Of a DNA stretch of 64,000 bases, positions 1 through 11,122 are shown in pieces. The position numbers and the translations under genes are program-made. The stretch is from Patellaria atrata CBS 101060. Its lineage: Eukaryota. Position 1 is the first letter of the stretch, and the number at the start of each line of letters is the position of its first letter. The stretch covers positions 346,745-410,744 of the forward strand of contig MU006100.1 of NCBI GenBank assembly GCA_010093705.1, given 5' to 3'. Below the pieces are notes generated by a model. It was given only the letters and a program-made list of their open reading frames with translations. It had not been told where the DNA came from and made no database searches.

Positions 1-1
1 G

Positions 2-109
2 AAGAAGGTTGGCCCAGATGGACGGCGCAAGTTAGGGAGGGAGAGTAAGGTGTTGCTTGAGCGGGTTAGGAAGTTGATGGGGAGTATAAATGATGAGAAA
101 GATGCTTGA
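2..109 (+). CDS. 3' end of an unidentified basic protein running in from the left edge
   Basis: Open frame from base 2 reads KKVGPDGRRKLGRESKVLLERVRKLMGSINDEKDA, ending in TGA at 107-109. It looks protein-like, but I do not recognise the family. Confidence 0.5.
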   Translation, partial: KKVGPDGRRKLGRESKVLLERVRKLMGSINDEKDA

Positions 110-767
110 GGATGAAGGTGTTGGGATTGGTGATGAGGGTTCGTGGAGGGTGGTTCCTGGAGATATCCTGGAAGTTTTAATGGTGCTATGGGTGGGGAGG
201 GTGATTGGTTCGTCTGCGAGATGTTCACAAAAGGACTACATAGTGCCAGAGGAGGAGTTTTGACTTGAGCATACAGATTCTCGAATTCTGTACGAATATG
301 TTTAATTGCTAGTGTCACAATTCACGTAGGGCGAGTGCACAGCGATCGAAGACTGAGCGGGAGGTGCTCCTATAGGAATGTATAAATTCTAGAAATTGTA
401 CAGGATTCTCTACTTGGAGTTGTCCATGCCCGTACAGCGAGTGTACGACGACTGAGGAGCTATCGGGAGGAGCTTAACGTGACTGTAGTGATCGTGCACG
501 TTCCTTATAAATACGTATTAGTATTGCTCCAGCGCCAGTACAGCAACCGAGGAGGTATCAGACACGTCTCCGGCTCAACTTCTCAACCCTCGGAGTTTCC
601 ATAACACGGCAAAGTTGACCTTCCGCCATACCTGTACCAAAAGTGGACCTCGATCTCCGAATGCCAATTCTATCAAACGGGCGAGCAAAATATAAACACA
701 AAACGTAGATACGATCTATTTCAACGTCCACTCCTTCTCCAATCTCAAACTTCGCCGTCCCATATGC

Positions 768-1166
768 TTACTCCGGTCTCTCTTCTTCACCTCGGGTGCA
801 CCTAATACTCCCCCAACCCACTGCTTCTCCCTCTCCACTCAAATCATCACTGAACGGGAATCCGAGCTTCAACTCGCTCCCTGTGCAGTTTGTGAATGAG
901 AAGAGAAAGCAGGCGGTCCCATCGTTGGCAATAAAGCTTTGGATGGTGGAGAGGGGTTTGGGAATGGGATGACAGGTGTTTGAGGGGATGAGGATATGCT
1001 GACAGGATTGGAAGAAGGGCTGGGTGCACAGGTAGGCTATGTGCATTCTGGGAGTGGTGTGAACGGTGGTGTGGACTTTGATCGAAGGATTTAGGGTGGG
1101 GAAGGCGGTTATGGAATGAGAGAATAGTAGAAGATATTGAAGTGGTGGGACATGAAGTGGGATCAT
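768..1166 (-). CDS. Small secreted cysteine-rich protein, beta/gamma-crystallin-like
   Basis: Intronless 132-aa ORF with a hydrophobic N-terminus (LQYLLLFSHSITAFP). The mature part has 6 Cys in the pattern YLCT..F..C...C...SF....TACFLF...CTG...P.SDDL...W.SIRC, resembling fungal secreted crystallin-fold proteins. Confidence 0.65.
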   Translation of the reverse strand: MIPLHVPPLQYLLLFSHSITAFPTLNPSIKVHTTVHTTPRMHIAYLCTQPFFQSCQHILIPSNTCHPIPKPLSTIQSFIANDGTACFLFSFTNCTGSELKLGFPFSDDLSGEGEAVGWGSIRCTRGEEERPE

Positions 1167-2172
1167 TTTTCAGGGTTTATGGATGAGACGAAATAGTTAT
1201 AGATAAGGAGTTTGGAGAGAAGTCGGGAATGAGTATCGTGGGCCGGGTGGAAAGATGGTTGACCGCGATTTGACCGCAATTTGAATTCATGGTTGTCTTT
1301 TTGGGTCATTCTTTGGGGGCATTGGTTCTTTGTTAGGGATGAGCGAGCAGAGGGATGATGAAAATAGAAAGACCTTGCTTTGTAGTATGCTTTTGCTTTC
1401 TTGTTGACGCCTTTGAGTACTATAGGGAATAGATGAGGAAAAGGTGAAGTAGATTAGAGAATAGAAGGAGTTGTAAGCTACCAATGTCCACAAGAACTTA
1501 CTATTTCTCATACTCGTCCATATATATTTGAATCATCATTCTAGAGGAGGATACTTCTAGCTAAAGTGGCACGTGTTTTTGCCCTTGATGAATAATTTTG
1601 GAGAAAGATGAGTCAATCTAAAACATCGAACCTTTGTCATACACAATTCTCATACGGGAATTTCTCTCCAACATAGAATTATAACTTTCGTGACTCATGT
1701 TTAGACGAACTCATGGTGTGTAACGATGAAACGATGAGTCTGTTGCGGTCAATGACTGTATAGGACATCTGGAGTAGGTATGGTGATGCTGATGATGGTT
1801 AGGGGACCTGGTAGTGCTGGATATTGGGCAAATATTTTGCCTATCGCCGGGTCTTGGCTCCGATTTCGAGCTAGACTTGAATAAGCGAACCCCACTAATC
1901 ACTCGGTGGGCAGCAAGAAATCCATCACCTCCACCAAACCCTCACCCAACTCTCTCTTTTCTCCCCTCATCCACCAATTTCGAAGGTGTGAAGGCTTTTT
2001 TCTCAAGCCTTTATAAAGTCCTCGCATTTCTTGCTTCAGTCTGCCTGAAAAGGCTTACATTGACAGTAAAACCCACGCCCTCAGAGCGTCTTAACCTACG
2101 AAGCGGGGTACTTTTACACCCTCTATACTATCGCAAATTTTTCAAGAGAACAACAGGACATCAACCGCAATC

Positions 2173-5064
2173 ATGGTTAAGTAAGTAGAATATCTATTTT
2201 CATCGTCCCTATGGGATAGAAGTATCATAATGCTTCTTCTTCATCTATTTCAATTTCAGAGTCGATTCCCGTCTGATGATGGAAAATGCTGACATATCAC
2301 CCCACAGCTTCACGGTCGAAGAGGTATGTTCTTGAATGGCATAGTGGTGGAGCTATTGGTGATATTTGAGGGATCTCGGGGTGCTGACAATGTTTAAAGA
2401 TTCGCGCCCTTATGGACAAGGCGGCCAATATCCGTAATATGTCAGTTATTGCGCATGGTGAGTTTGTCCTTGATGCCTACGTGTCAGAACCATTGCTAAC
2501 GGTATCGCCACCTAGTCGACCACGGAAAGTCCACCCTCACCGATTCCCTCGTACAGCGTGCTGGTATTATCTCGGCTGCGAAAGCAGGAGATGCCCGGTT
2601 TACCGATACTCGACCGGATGAGCAGGAACGTGGTGTCACAATCAAGTCGACGGCCATCTCCCTGTATGGTAAACTCACAGACGAGGAGGACTTGAAGGAC
2701 GTACCCGTCAAGGTCGACAAGAATGATTTCTTGATCAACTTGATTGACTCGCCGGGTCACGTCGATTTCTCGTCTGAGGTCACAGCTGCGTTACGTGTCA
2801 CTGACGGTGCGCTCGTCGTCGTCGACACCATCGAAGGTGTATGCGTGCAGACCGAGACCGTGCTCAGACAAGCTCTTGGTGAACGTATCAAGCCAGTCTT
2901 GATCATCAACAAGGTCGACCGCGCTCTTTTGGAGCTACAACTCTCGAAGGAAGATTTGTATCAGAACTTCTGTCGCGCCATCGAGTCCGTCAACGTCGTT
3001 ATCGCTACTTACTTCGACAAGGCTCTCGGTGATGTCCAGGTCTACCCAGACAAGGGAACCATCGCTTTCGGATCCGGTCTTCACGGCTGGGCCTTTACCG
3101 TCCGTCAGTTCGCTAACCGATACGCCAAGAAATTCGGTGTCGACAAGAACAAGATGATGGAGAGGCTATGGGTAAGTTTCTTTATACTTTTCTCGAAATG
3201 TGATGAGACTAACGATGTTTTTACAGGGTGATAACTACTTCAACCCGAAGACCAAGAAGTGGACCAAGAACGCTGATGCAGGTGAACGTGCCTTCAATCA
3301 GTTCATCTTGGACCCCATCTTCAAAATCTTCGCCTCTGTTATGAACTTCAAGAAGGATGATACCACTAAGATCCTCGAAAAGCTTGAGATCAAGCTTACC
3401 AACGAGGAGAAGGAGCTCGAGGGCAAGCAGCTTCTAAAGGTCGTCATGAGGAAGTTCCTCCCCGCTGCCGATGCTCTATTGGAGATGATGATTCTTCATT
3501 TACCATCTCCCATCCAGGCTCAGAAGTACCGTATGGAAACTCTGTACGAGGGTCCTCCCGATGACGAGAATGCCATTGCCATCCGTGATTGTGACCCCAA
3601 AGGACCTCTCATGTTGTACGTGTCTAAAATGGTGCCGACATCCGATAAGGGACGTTTCTATGCTTTTGGTCGTGTCTTCGCTGGTACCGTTCGCTCTGGT
3701 CTTAAGGTCCGTATCCAAGGCCCTAACTATACTCCCGGTAAGAAGGAAGATCTATTCGTCAAGGCTGTTCAGCGAACCATCCTCATGATGGGTCGCTACG
3801 TTGAACCCATCGAGGATGTACCCGCTGGTAACATTCTTGGTCTTGTCGGTGTTGATCAATTCTTGCTCAAGTCCGGTACCTTGACAACCAACGAAACTGC
3901 CCACAACTTAAAGGTCATGAAGTTCTCCGTGTCTCCAGTCGTCCAACGTTCCGTTGAAGTTAAGAATGCCAACGACCTACCAAAGTTGGTCGAAGGTCTT
4001 AAGCGTTTGTCGAAGTCTGATCCTTGCGTCTTGACTTTCATCAACGAGTCTGGTGAACACATCGTCGCTGGCGCCGGTGAATTGCACTTGGAAATTTGCT
4101 TGAAGGATTTGGAGGAAGACCATGCTGGTGTACCTCTCCGTGTATCCGACCCTGTCGTCCAGTACCGTGAATCCGTCTCCGCCAAGTCTAGCATCACCGC
4201 TCTTTCCAAGTCACCCAACAAGCACAACCGCCTTTATGTTATTGCAGAACCTCTTTCTGAGGAGGTTTCGAAAGAAATCGAAGCCGGCAAGATTGGCCCA
4301 CGTGATGATTTCAAGGCGCGTGCTCGTGTTCTTGCTGACGAGCACGGTTGGGATGTGACTGATGCCCGAAAGATCTGGGCTTTCGGTCCAGATACCACTG
4401 GTGCCAACTTGGTCGTTGATCAAACAAAGGCTGTGCAATACTTGAACGAAATCAAAGACTCTGTCGTGTCCGGTTTCCAGTGGGCGACCAAGGAAGGTCC
4501 AGTTGCGGAAGAACCCATGAGGTCTATTCGCTTCAACATCATGGATGTCACCCTCCATGCTGATGCTATTCATCGTGGTGGTGGCCAGATCATTCCTACC
4601 GCGCGTCGTGTGCTCTATGCTGCGACTCTTCTTGCTGATCCTTGCTTGCTTGAGCCTGTGTATCTTGTAGAGATCCAGGTGCCAGAGCAAGCTATGGGTG
4701 GTATCTACGGTGTCTTGACCCGTAGGAGAGGTCACGTTTTTGAGGAGGCACAACGTCCCGGTACTCCTCTGTTCAACATCAAGGCGTATCTACCTGTCAA
4801 TGAGTCCTTCGGTTTCACTGCCGATCTTCGTTCAAATACTGCTGGTCAAGCGTTCCCTCAATCTGTGTTCGATCATTGGCAACAACTTTCCGGTGGATCA
4901 CCGCTTGATAAGACCAGCAAACCAGGTCAAATTGTCGAGGAAATGCGCAAGAGGAAGGGTATTAAACCTGAAGTTCCGGGTGTTGAAAACGTAAGTCACA
5001 TTGCGATGCATTGGACTGAGATATGGCTGCTAACACGAAGATTTAGTACTATGATAAGCTATAA
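2173..5064 (+). CDS. EFT2: Translation elongation factor 2 (eEF2)
   Basis: Exons 2173-2180, 2308-2323, 2400-2457, 2516-3171, 3227-4990, 5047-5064. Starts MVNFTVEE and ends YYDKL*. Contains AHVDHGKST, DSPGH, NKVD and the diphthamide motif [11 protein letters not shown]. Confidence 0.98.
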
Positions 5065-5698
5065 ACGAATTACATCAGAAGTGATGAATTTCTTTGCGCT
5101 CAAAAACCTGTTCAAGACCGCGAGTCGCACAAAAGCCTCGATGATGTTAGGATGAATGGTTAGCCGATCTTGATATATTTATATCCTTAAGGGGCATGCG
5201 ACGCGATCGCGGTGGGATATCTAGAACGGGATCATAGAAGGACATGCTTGATCCCTCTCTTGTTTTGCATCCTTCCCTTTGTGTGTAGCTATGGAGTTAG
5301 AAAATGAACGACATTACCACAAATGTGATCCGTGATATTAAAATTTTTGAGTTGTAATGGAAGTTGATTGTGATATGTTCCGTATAATAAGGATGAGTGA
5401 TGACGATGGGAGTGTCTGATGTCTCCTCGATGCACTGATGGTCTGTGCGCCGCCTTCACGTCTGCCCGGCGCGACCAAGCATTATAATTTCTGTATGCAA
5501 CCCTTCGACCATTTATTCTTGACAACAACGCTTGATTAAATATTTAAACCCATCAGATTGAGTACTCTTTTGGTATTCTGATCTTTAGGCCAACTCCACC
5601 CTAATAACATCGATCGAACGCAATCTTCTTTTCACAGCTAGAACAACTCAACCTTCAACTTATCTTTGGTCGACGCTTGCTGCAACGACATCGCCACG

Positions 5699-8355
5699 AT
5701 GCATGTCAGTGACGATGACACCCCGGAGTTGAAGAAATGGATTGTTAAGCGATTAGAAGACATGTGAAGTTCCCAATAATCATATTCTTGTGTTCGAGTT
5801 TGCCGCTAACACAATCTTAGATCGGACGCGGACTCTGATGTTTTAGCAGATTATGTCCTCGCGCTCGTCAAATCAGAAGATCCAGATGACGAAGTGAAGA
5901 AGAATTGCCTAGAGAACTTGGAGGACTTTCTAAAAGAGCGTACGGAATCAGCTTGTGCCAGTGACATCTATGATACGCTAACTGTGATGATTGTAGACAC
6001 CAGCGGTTTTGTCGATGAGATCCTCGAAGCAATACGCCTGAAGTCATACCTCCCGGGATACGTCCCTATCGCCACTGCGCCTCCTAAAGGACCCTCTTTC
6101 AATCCGCCATCAGGCCCTGCTTTCAACCCTCCAAGCAAACCTTCTGGAGCTTCCCACCCTCGATCAAACGCACAAGGATATCAGAACGGCTCATACGGAG
6201 CTGGACAATCGCGAAAACGAGCTTTCAATGATCGAGAAACTAGTGAACCTCGAGATGTTCGGGATCCTCATTACGGGCGAGGTGCGGGTGGAGACAGGTC
6301 AGGGAAACAGATGAGAAGAGGAGATGGAACACGAGGTCATGGTCAACATGGACGCAACGGAAGACACGGCGCACCTGGGACGCAAAATATTAACATGCCA
6401 GGGCTTCCACCAGGTCTTGGTTCACTACAAGTACCTAATATGTCCAACATGCCGCCTATGCCCACTCCACCGCCCGGATTTCCTCCTATCGATCCTAATA
6501 ACCCCCTTTCAGCTATGCTCGCAATGCAAGCAATGGGATTTCCATTTCCTGGATTACCTGCTCCAACTGCGACCGGTTCTATAAACTTGAACAGACCAAA
6601 CTCGCGGGATTCTCCTCATCGTCGGAGAAATAAGGGGCAAAGGTGTGAGGCTTGGGATAATGCAGGATTTTGCCCTCTAGGAATGAATTGCCCTCGTGAG
6701 CATCTCACAGATGCGCAGTCTGGTGCGGTTGATGGTAATATAATACAAACGAATGGTGCAGAATTATTTTGCTAATGATATTGCAGAATATGACCCTACG
6801 AGTGCTTCTATCACGGTTAGTCCAAAAGCGAACGGACATTCCTCACCCCGAGGCAGAGGTAGAGGTAGGAGTGACAGAAGCGGCGGTCGGAATGTCCGTG
6901 CATCGTTCTCTTTAGCAGGTCCAAATAATAATCGATCCATCACTTCAGTCGTGGTTGAACAAATACCGGAAGAGAACTTTGACGAGAAACAAGTCCGCGA
7001 ATTCTTCTCTCCATTTGGGGAGATCGAATCGGTCGATATGCAACCGTACAAGCGGTTAGCAGTCGTCAAGTTTACAGATTATTATGCTGCGCGAGCGGCA
7101 TACGATAGCCCAAAAGTCATTTTCGACAATCGCTTCGTAAAGGTCTACTGGTACAAACCTGATACCTTTTCGAAGCCTCCCGATAACGGAAGTCTTGGAG
7201 CGAACGATATCGTCAAGAAGGACGAAGATGAAGAGATGATCGATCCGGTTGAGTTTGAAAAGAAGCAAGCGGAAGCTCAAAAGGCGCACGAGGAGAAGCA
7301 GAAGAAGCTGAAAGAGGCAGAAGCGGCTCGCGCAGCTCTTGAGGAGAAGTTGAAGGCGCAAACTGAGGAGCGGAAGAAGCTCCTTGAGAAATTGGCCGCG
7401 AAGACGGGCGATATGAGCATTAGACAGGAAAACGGCACGACTTCTCACAATGACACGAACGGAAATGCGGACGGCGTCGGAGCCAAACCAGTAGAGGAGA
7501 GGAAGAAATCCACGACCGATGCACTGAAAGCTAAGTTGGCCGAACTGCAGGCCGAAGCGGAAAGTATGGGACTCCCGGACGAAGAATCTCCCGCTTACTA
7601 TTCCGGACGCGGCAGAGGTAGTTATAGAGGACGTGGCGGCTATGGCGGCGGCTACGGTACTCGCGGTAGGGGCTATGACCCGTATTACGGCAGTTCCTAT
7701 AGGGGCCGTGGTGGACATTTCGGCGGTCCCAGAGCTGGCGGTGTAAAGAGGCTTGACAATCGGCCGAAGAAGGTAGAGGTCAAGGGCGTGGAGCAGGGGA
7801 CGCCGAGGGATGAAGCATTGCGGCAGTATCTTTTCGTGAGTTGAACCCCCCGTCGATGGAACTCAGATATACTAATATCCACGCCGTAGAATCAATTCGA
7901 ATTCGAGTCCCTCGAACCTCATCCTGAACATAAGGATAGCATGGTCGTCACGTTCAAGGAACGATATGTTGCGGAATCTGTAAGTTCATCCCTTTTTCTT
8001 CTTCTACTTTCCGCGGTTGGGACTCCTTTCATCCTCTCCACACCAAATCTCAGATCGTAAAACTAACACTATGAACTAGTTCATCGCAAACCCAGATATC
8101 CCCAACCTCGGCCGCGTCGATCTCGCTTGGGTCACTTCTCCAACCACAAATGCGACCCCCACAACCACCCCTATCCCCACAATACCGAAACCCGAAAAAC
8201 AAACCCCGGCTTTATCGGCTACCGCGCCGTCTTTCGTGCCCGCCGCGAAGACGGAAGTAAGGGATGCCGATATGCGGGAGGTGGAGAAGGGAGAGGTGGA
8301 GGATGTTGTGTACGATGACGATGTGGCGGATGATGAGGATAGGTGGATACAGTGA
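5699..8355 (+). CDS. PWI / CCCH zinc finger / RRM RNA-binding protein (RBM26/27, Rmn1-like)
   Basis: Introns 5764-5820, 5940-5996, 6735-6786, 7836-7889, 7980-8079. Contains a PWI-like segment (LKKWIVKRLEDISDADSDVLADYVLAL), a CCCH finger (CEAWDNAGFCPLGMNCPREH), an RRM ending IFDNRFVKVYW, a coiled coil, RGG boxes and a second RRM after LDNRP. Confidence 0.9.
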
Positions 8356-8656
8356 TTTGGGTGAGGAGTTTCTACAGGCAGACGAATAGGGACGGGGATA
8401 GAATGCATAGGCACAAGTGTGGGGAAGGCGGATAATGTATGGAGGATCCTTCATATCAGACTCACTCAAGAGTAAACTCCGGTGCTTAATGCTGTAATGT
8501 GAATACTAATTCATTGGATGAGACCCGTTGCGTTGTGTACCGGACCTGGTTTTTGTGACAAAGATGATGGATGTTGTGTTGGTGCTGACGGGGGTTCAGC
8601 TCCTGTGGTGTTGCTCTCTTTCACGTGCTAATGCTACACGGGGTGTTATAACTGTA

Positions 8657-8705
8657 AGGCTGAGCATGTGTTTAAAGCTGAGCATGTGTTTAAAGCTGAG
8701 CATGT
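8657..8705. repeat. 18-bp tandem repeat, ~2.7 copies (aagctgagcatgtgttta)
   Basis: gctgagcatgt recurs three times at 18-bp spacing. Confidence 0.85.
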
Positions 8706-9339
8706 CCCCCTCATCGTTCATCCCTAAGGTACCGTACCGCTTATCGTTGAGTTGATTCCCTTTAAGATGTGTGAGGTGTGGTTTTCGACCCCCCATATTC
8801 CGTAACCCTACCTTAGCCCAGCCTGAAGCGGAACTACCTACCTTACCTTCAACATGTAGGTATATGTGGTCTTCTTCCCACTATGACAATGGAACACTCC
8901 ATACCTTACAGTACGAGAACGATATACGAGTACCTTACCCTGTCCCCTCGTTCATCCTGACGGTTCTGCTCTACTGGACTCCAAGGCACTGTACCTAATG
9001 ACGGGATACACCAATACAAGCGTCCAAGTCCCCTCAGCCAAAGCAAAAGCGAAAGAGATAGAGTGATATCAAGATTAAAGAGACTATATATATATATGCA
9101 GAACCCTCTATCAAGAGTTCCTATTAAGTTTTAAAACCTAACGTGATGATATGGTATTAAATCTTCCCTTTTTTCGATGTTCCATCGGTTTCCTCGTCTC
9201 GGTCTGATATATACTACCTTACCCTGGATCTCTCTCTGGAACGAGGTACCGTACGCGGATAGGAACTAGCCCACCCTACGTATCCGTCACCTGACTGCTC
9301 CTACCTCAACCGCGAACTCCCCCGTCACCCCCCACTCCC

Positions 9340-11122
9340 CTAATCCCTAACCCCAAAGCTCAAAAAACAATCATCCTGCGGGAAAATCGTGGCAAAGACC
9401 TTAATCTTCTCACTAAGCTCCGTAGGATGATGTTCCCAGTTCAAAAACATGCTCGCCTTGCCCAGCATGGCCATGAGGTTTAGCTGCGCGTAGGTCTGGC
9501 CGAGACAGTAGTGCGGGCCTGTGCCGAAGACGAGCCAGTTCTTAGTCTGCTTATCGGCGTCGCCAGAGATCCAGCGGTCTGGGTCGTAGGTGTCTGGGTT
9601 CGGGTAGGCTTCGGGGTCGTGCAGGGCGGGGTACGTTGTTGGGATGACCATTGAGCCTGCGGGGGTTTTAGTATAGGGTTTGATTTTGTGCGGAAAGGGG
9701 GAAGGGAGGCAGGGGATTGGAAGTACCTTTGGGCGCGGTGTAGGTGTCTGTGATGGGGAAATCTTTTTTCACGATGTAAGGGACCATTATCACGGGGGGA
9801 CGGTAGCGGAGTGTCTCCTTGACCATCGCTCTCGTCTCCACCATCGACTCGAGCAGATCCATGGAGAAGCGCTTGTTACGGTCGCCGCCGCGCAGTCTCA
9901 TGTTTTCCTCTCGCACGCGGTCGAGGAAGTGCGGGTTATCGGCCATGATTTGGAAGAGCCAGGTGCAAGCGCTGCTGGTGGCGTCCTGCGAGGCGAAGAG
10001 AAACGTGAAGAGGGTCATGGAGATTTCGAAGTCGGTGAACTCGCGAAGGAGCGGAGTGGGCTTCTCAGACTGGTCGACCTCTTCGCCGCTGGCGACCTTT
10101 TGGCGCCACTTGTCGGATGCGATCATCTGGCAGACCCACTGGTCAAGGATACTGTCGGGCTTTCCGCCGGCTGCCATGCGGACCTTGCTCTTTGCGGCAC
10201 ACTTGGAGAATTCGACGAGGACCATATCTGCGGCTTTCTTTCCGTACCAGGTCTTGGTGAAGGGAATGATGATGGGGAAGTTCACCAATTCCAATGCAGC
10301 TGTGATCAGATAGTAATCGTCGGCGATCTTCTTGACGGCTTCTTCGGACATATAGTGGCCAACGAAAGTGCGGCAAGAGACGGCGCATTGGAGTTCACGG
10401 AAGACGGGCATGAATTGCACGGGCTTTCCGTTGTTCTCCTTTGTGATGGCAACGAACTTCTCAAAGTACTTGTCATACACCTCCTCTTGACCGGGCAAGT
10501 ATAGCTCGAGCGCTTGACGGGTGAAAAGGCCATTGAGTCCCTTACGATAGTCCACGTGCTCCTTACCATCCAGAAAAACCCAATTCTTCGGCCTAAGGAG
10601 TTTGTAGGCGATATCGACGACGCAGGGTTTGACGAATGCTGGCGCATTGAAGACCCTTCGTGCCATGTCGCGGGTGGAAGCGATAACTACGAACCTGAAC
10701 GCAACATGTCAGTCTCAGTTTGCGATTGAACAATTATCTATTATCTAGCGCTTACTTGTGGAAAACAGAGACACAGCTCAGAGGAGCGCTGTACCATTTT
10801 GCATGGTAGACCTCGAACTTCGGGTATACCGATTCGAGAAAGGGGCCAATGAAGGGCGCTTTCCACGATGGACCGACTATACTACCTTTATTGTAAATAT
10901 ATTTGACTGAATGAAGTGTCAGTAGCTGTGTGGGAGCGCATTAGAGTATTATCACAAACATTGATCGTATGCGACGCAAACAAGGAGTATAGTCAGTGAA
11001 ATTGACCACCAGGTAGCATTTTCCAAAGTCCTCGTGAGCAGACCTGCTACAGAATCGGCATCAATAGGAAGGGCGAGTTTCGCGTCCGCGGAAGGCGAGG
11101 CAAAGCTTGCATCGACCGCCAT
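9340..11122 (-). CDS. ERG5: Sterol C-22 desaturase, cytochrome P450 CYP61
   Basis: Exons 11122-10960, 10906-10756, 10694-9727, 9656-9340. Motifs FTFLFASQDATS, ETLRYRPP, heme motif FGTGPHYCLG and the C-terminal FATIFPQDDC. Confidence 0.96.

Noticed and set aside
277..475. Degenerate ~110-bp tandem duplication
   Set aside because: Similarity is patchy and cannot be distinguished from chance without an alignment test.
2181..2307. Intronic snoRNA in EF2 intron 1
   Set aside because: No correctly ordered C/D boxes with a terminal stem and no H/ACA architecture are evident.
8657..8705. Short direct repeats as a CRISPR-like array
   Set aside because: Head-to-tail repeats without spacers in a eukaryotic genome.
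7056..10504. Long antisense ORFs (7056-7718, 9680-10504)
   Set aside because: Shadows of codon-biased real genes on the opposite strand.
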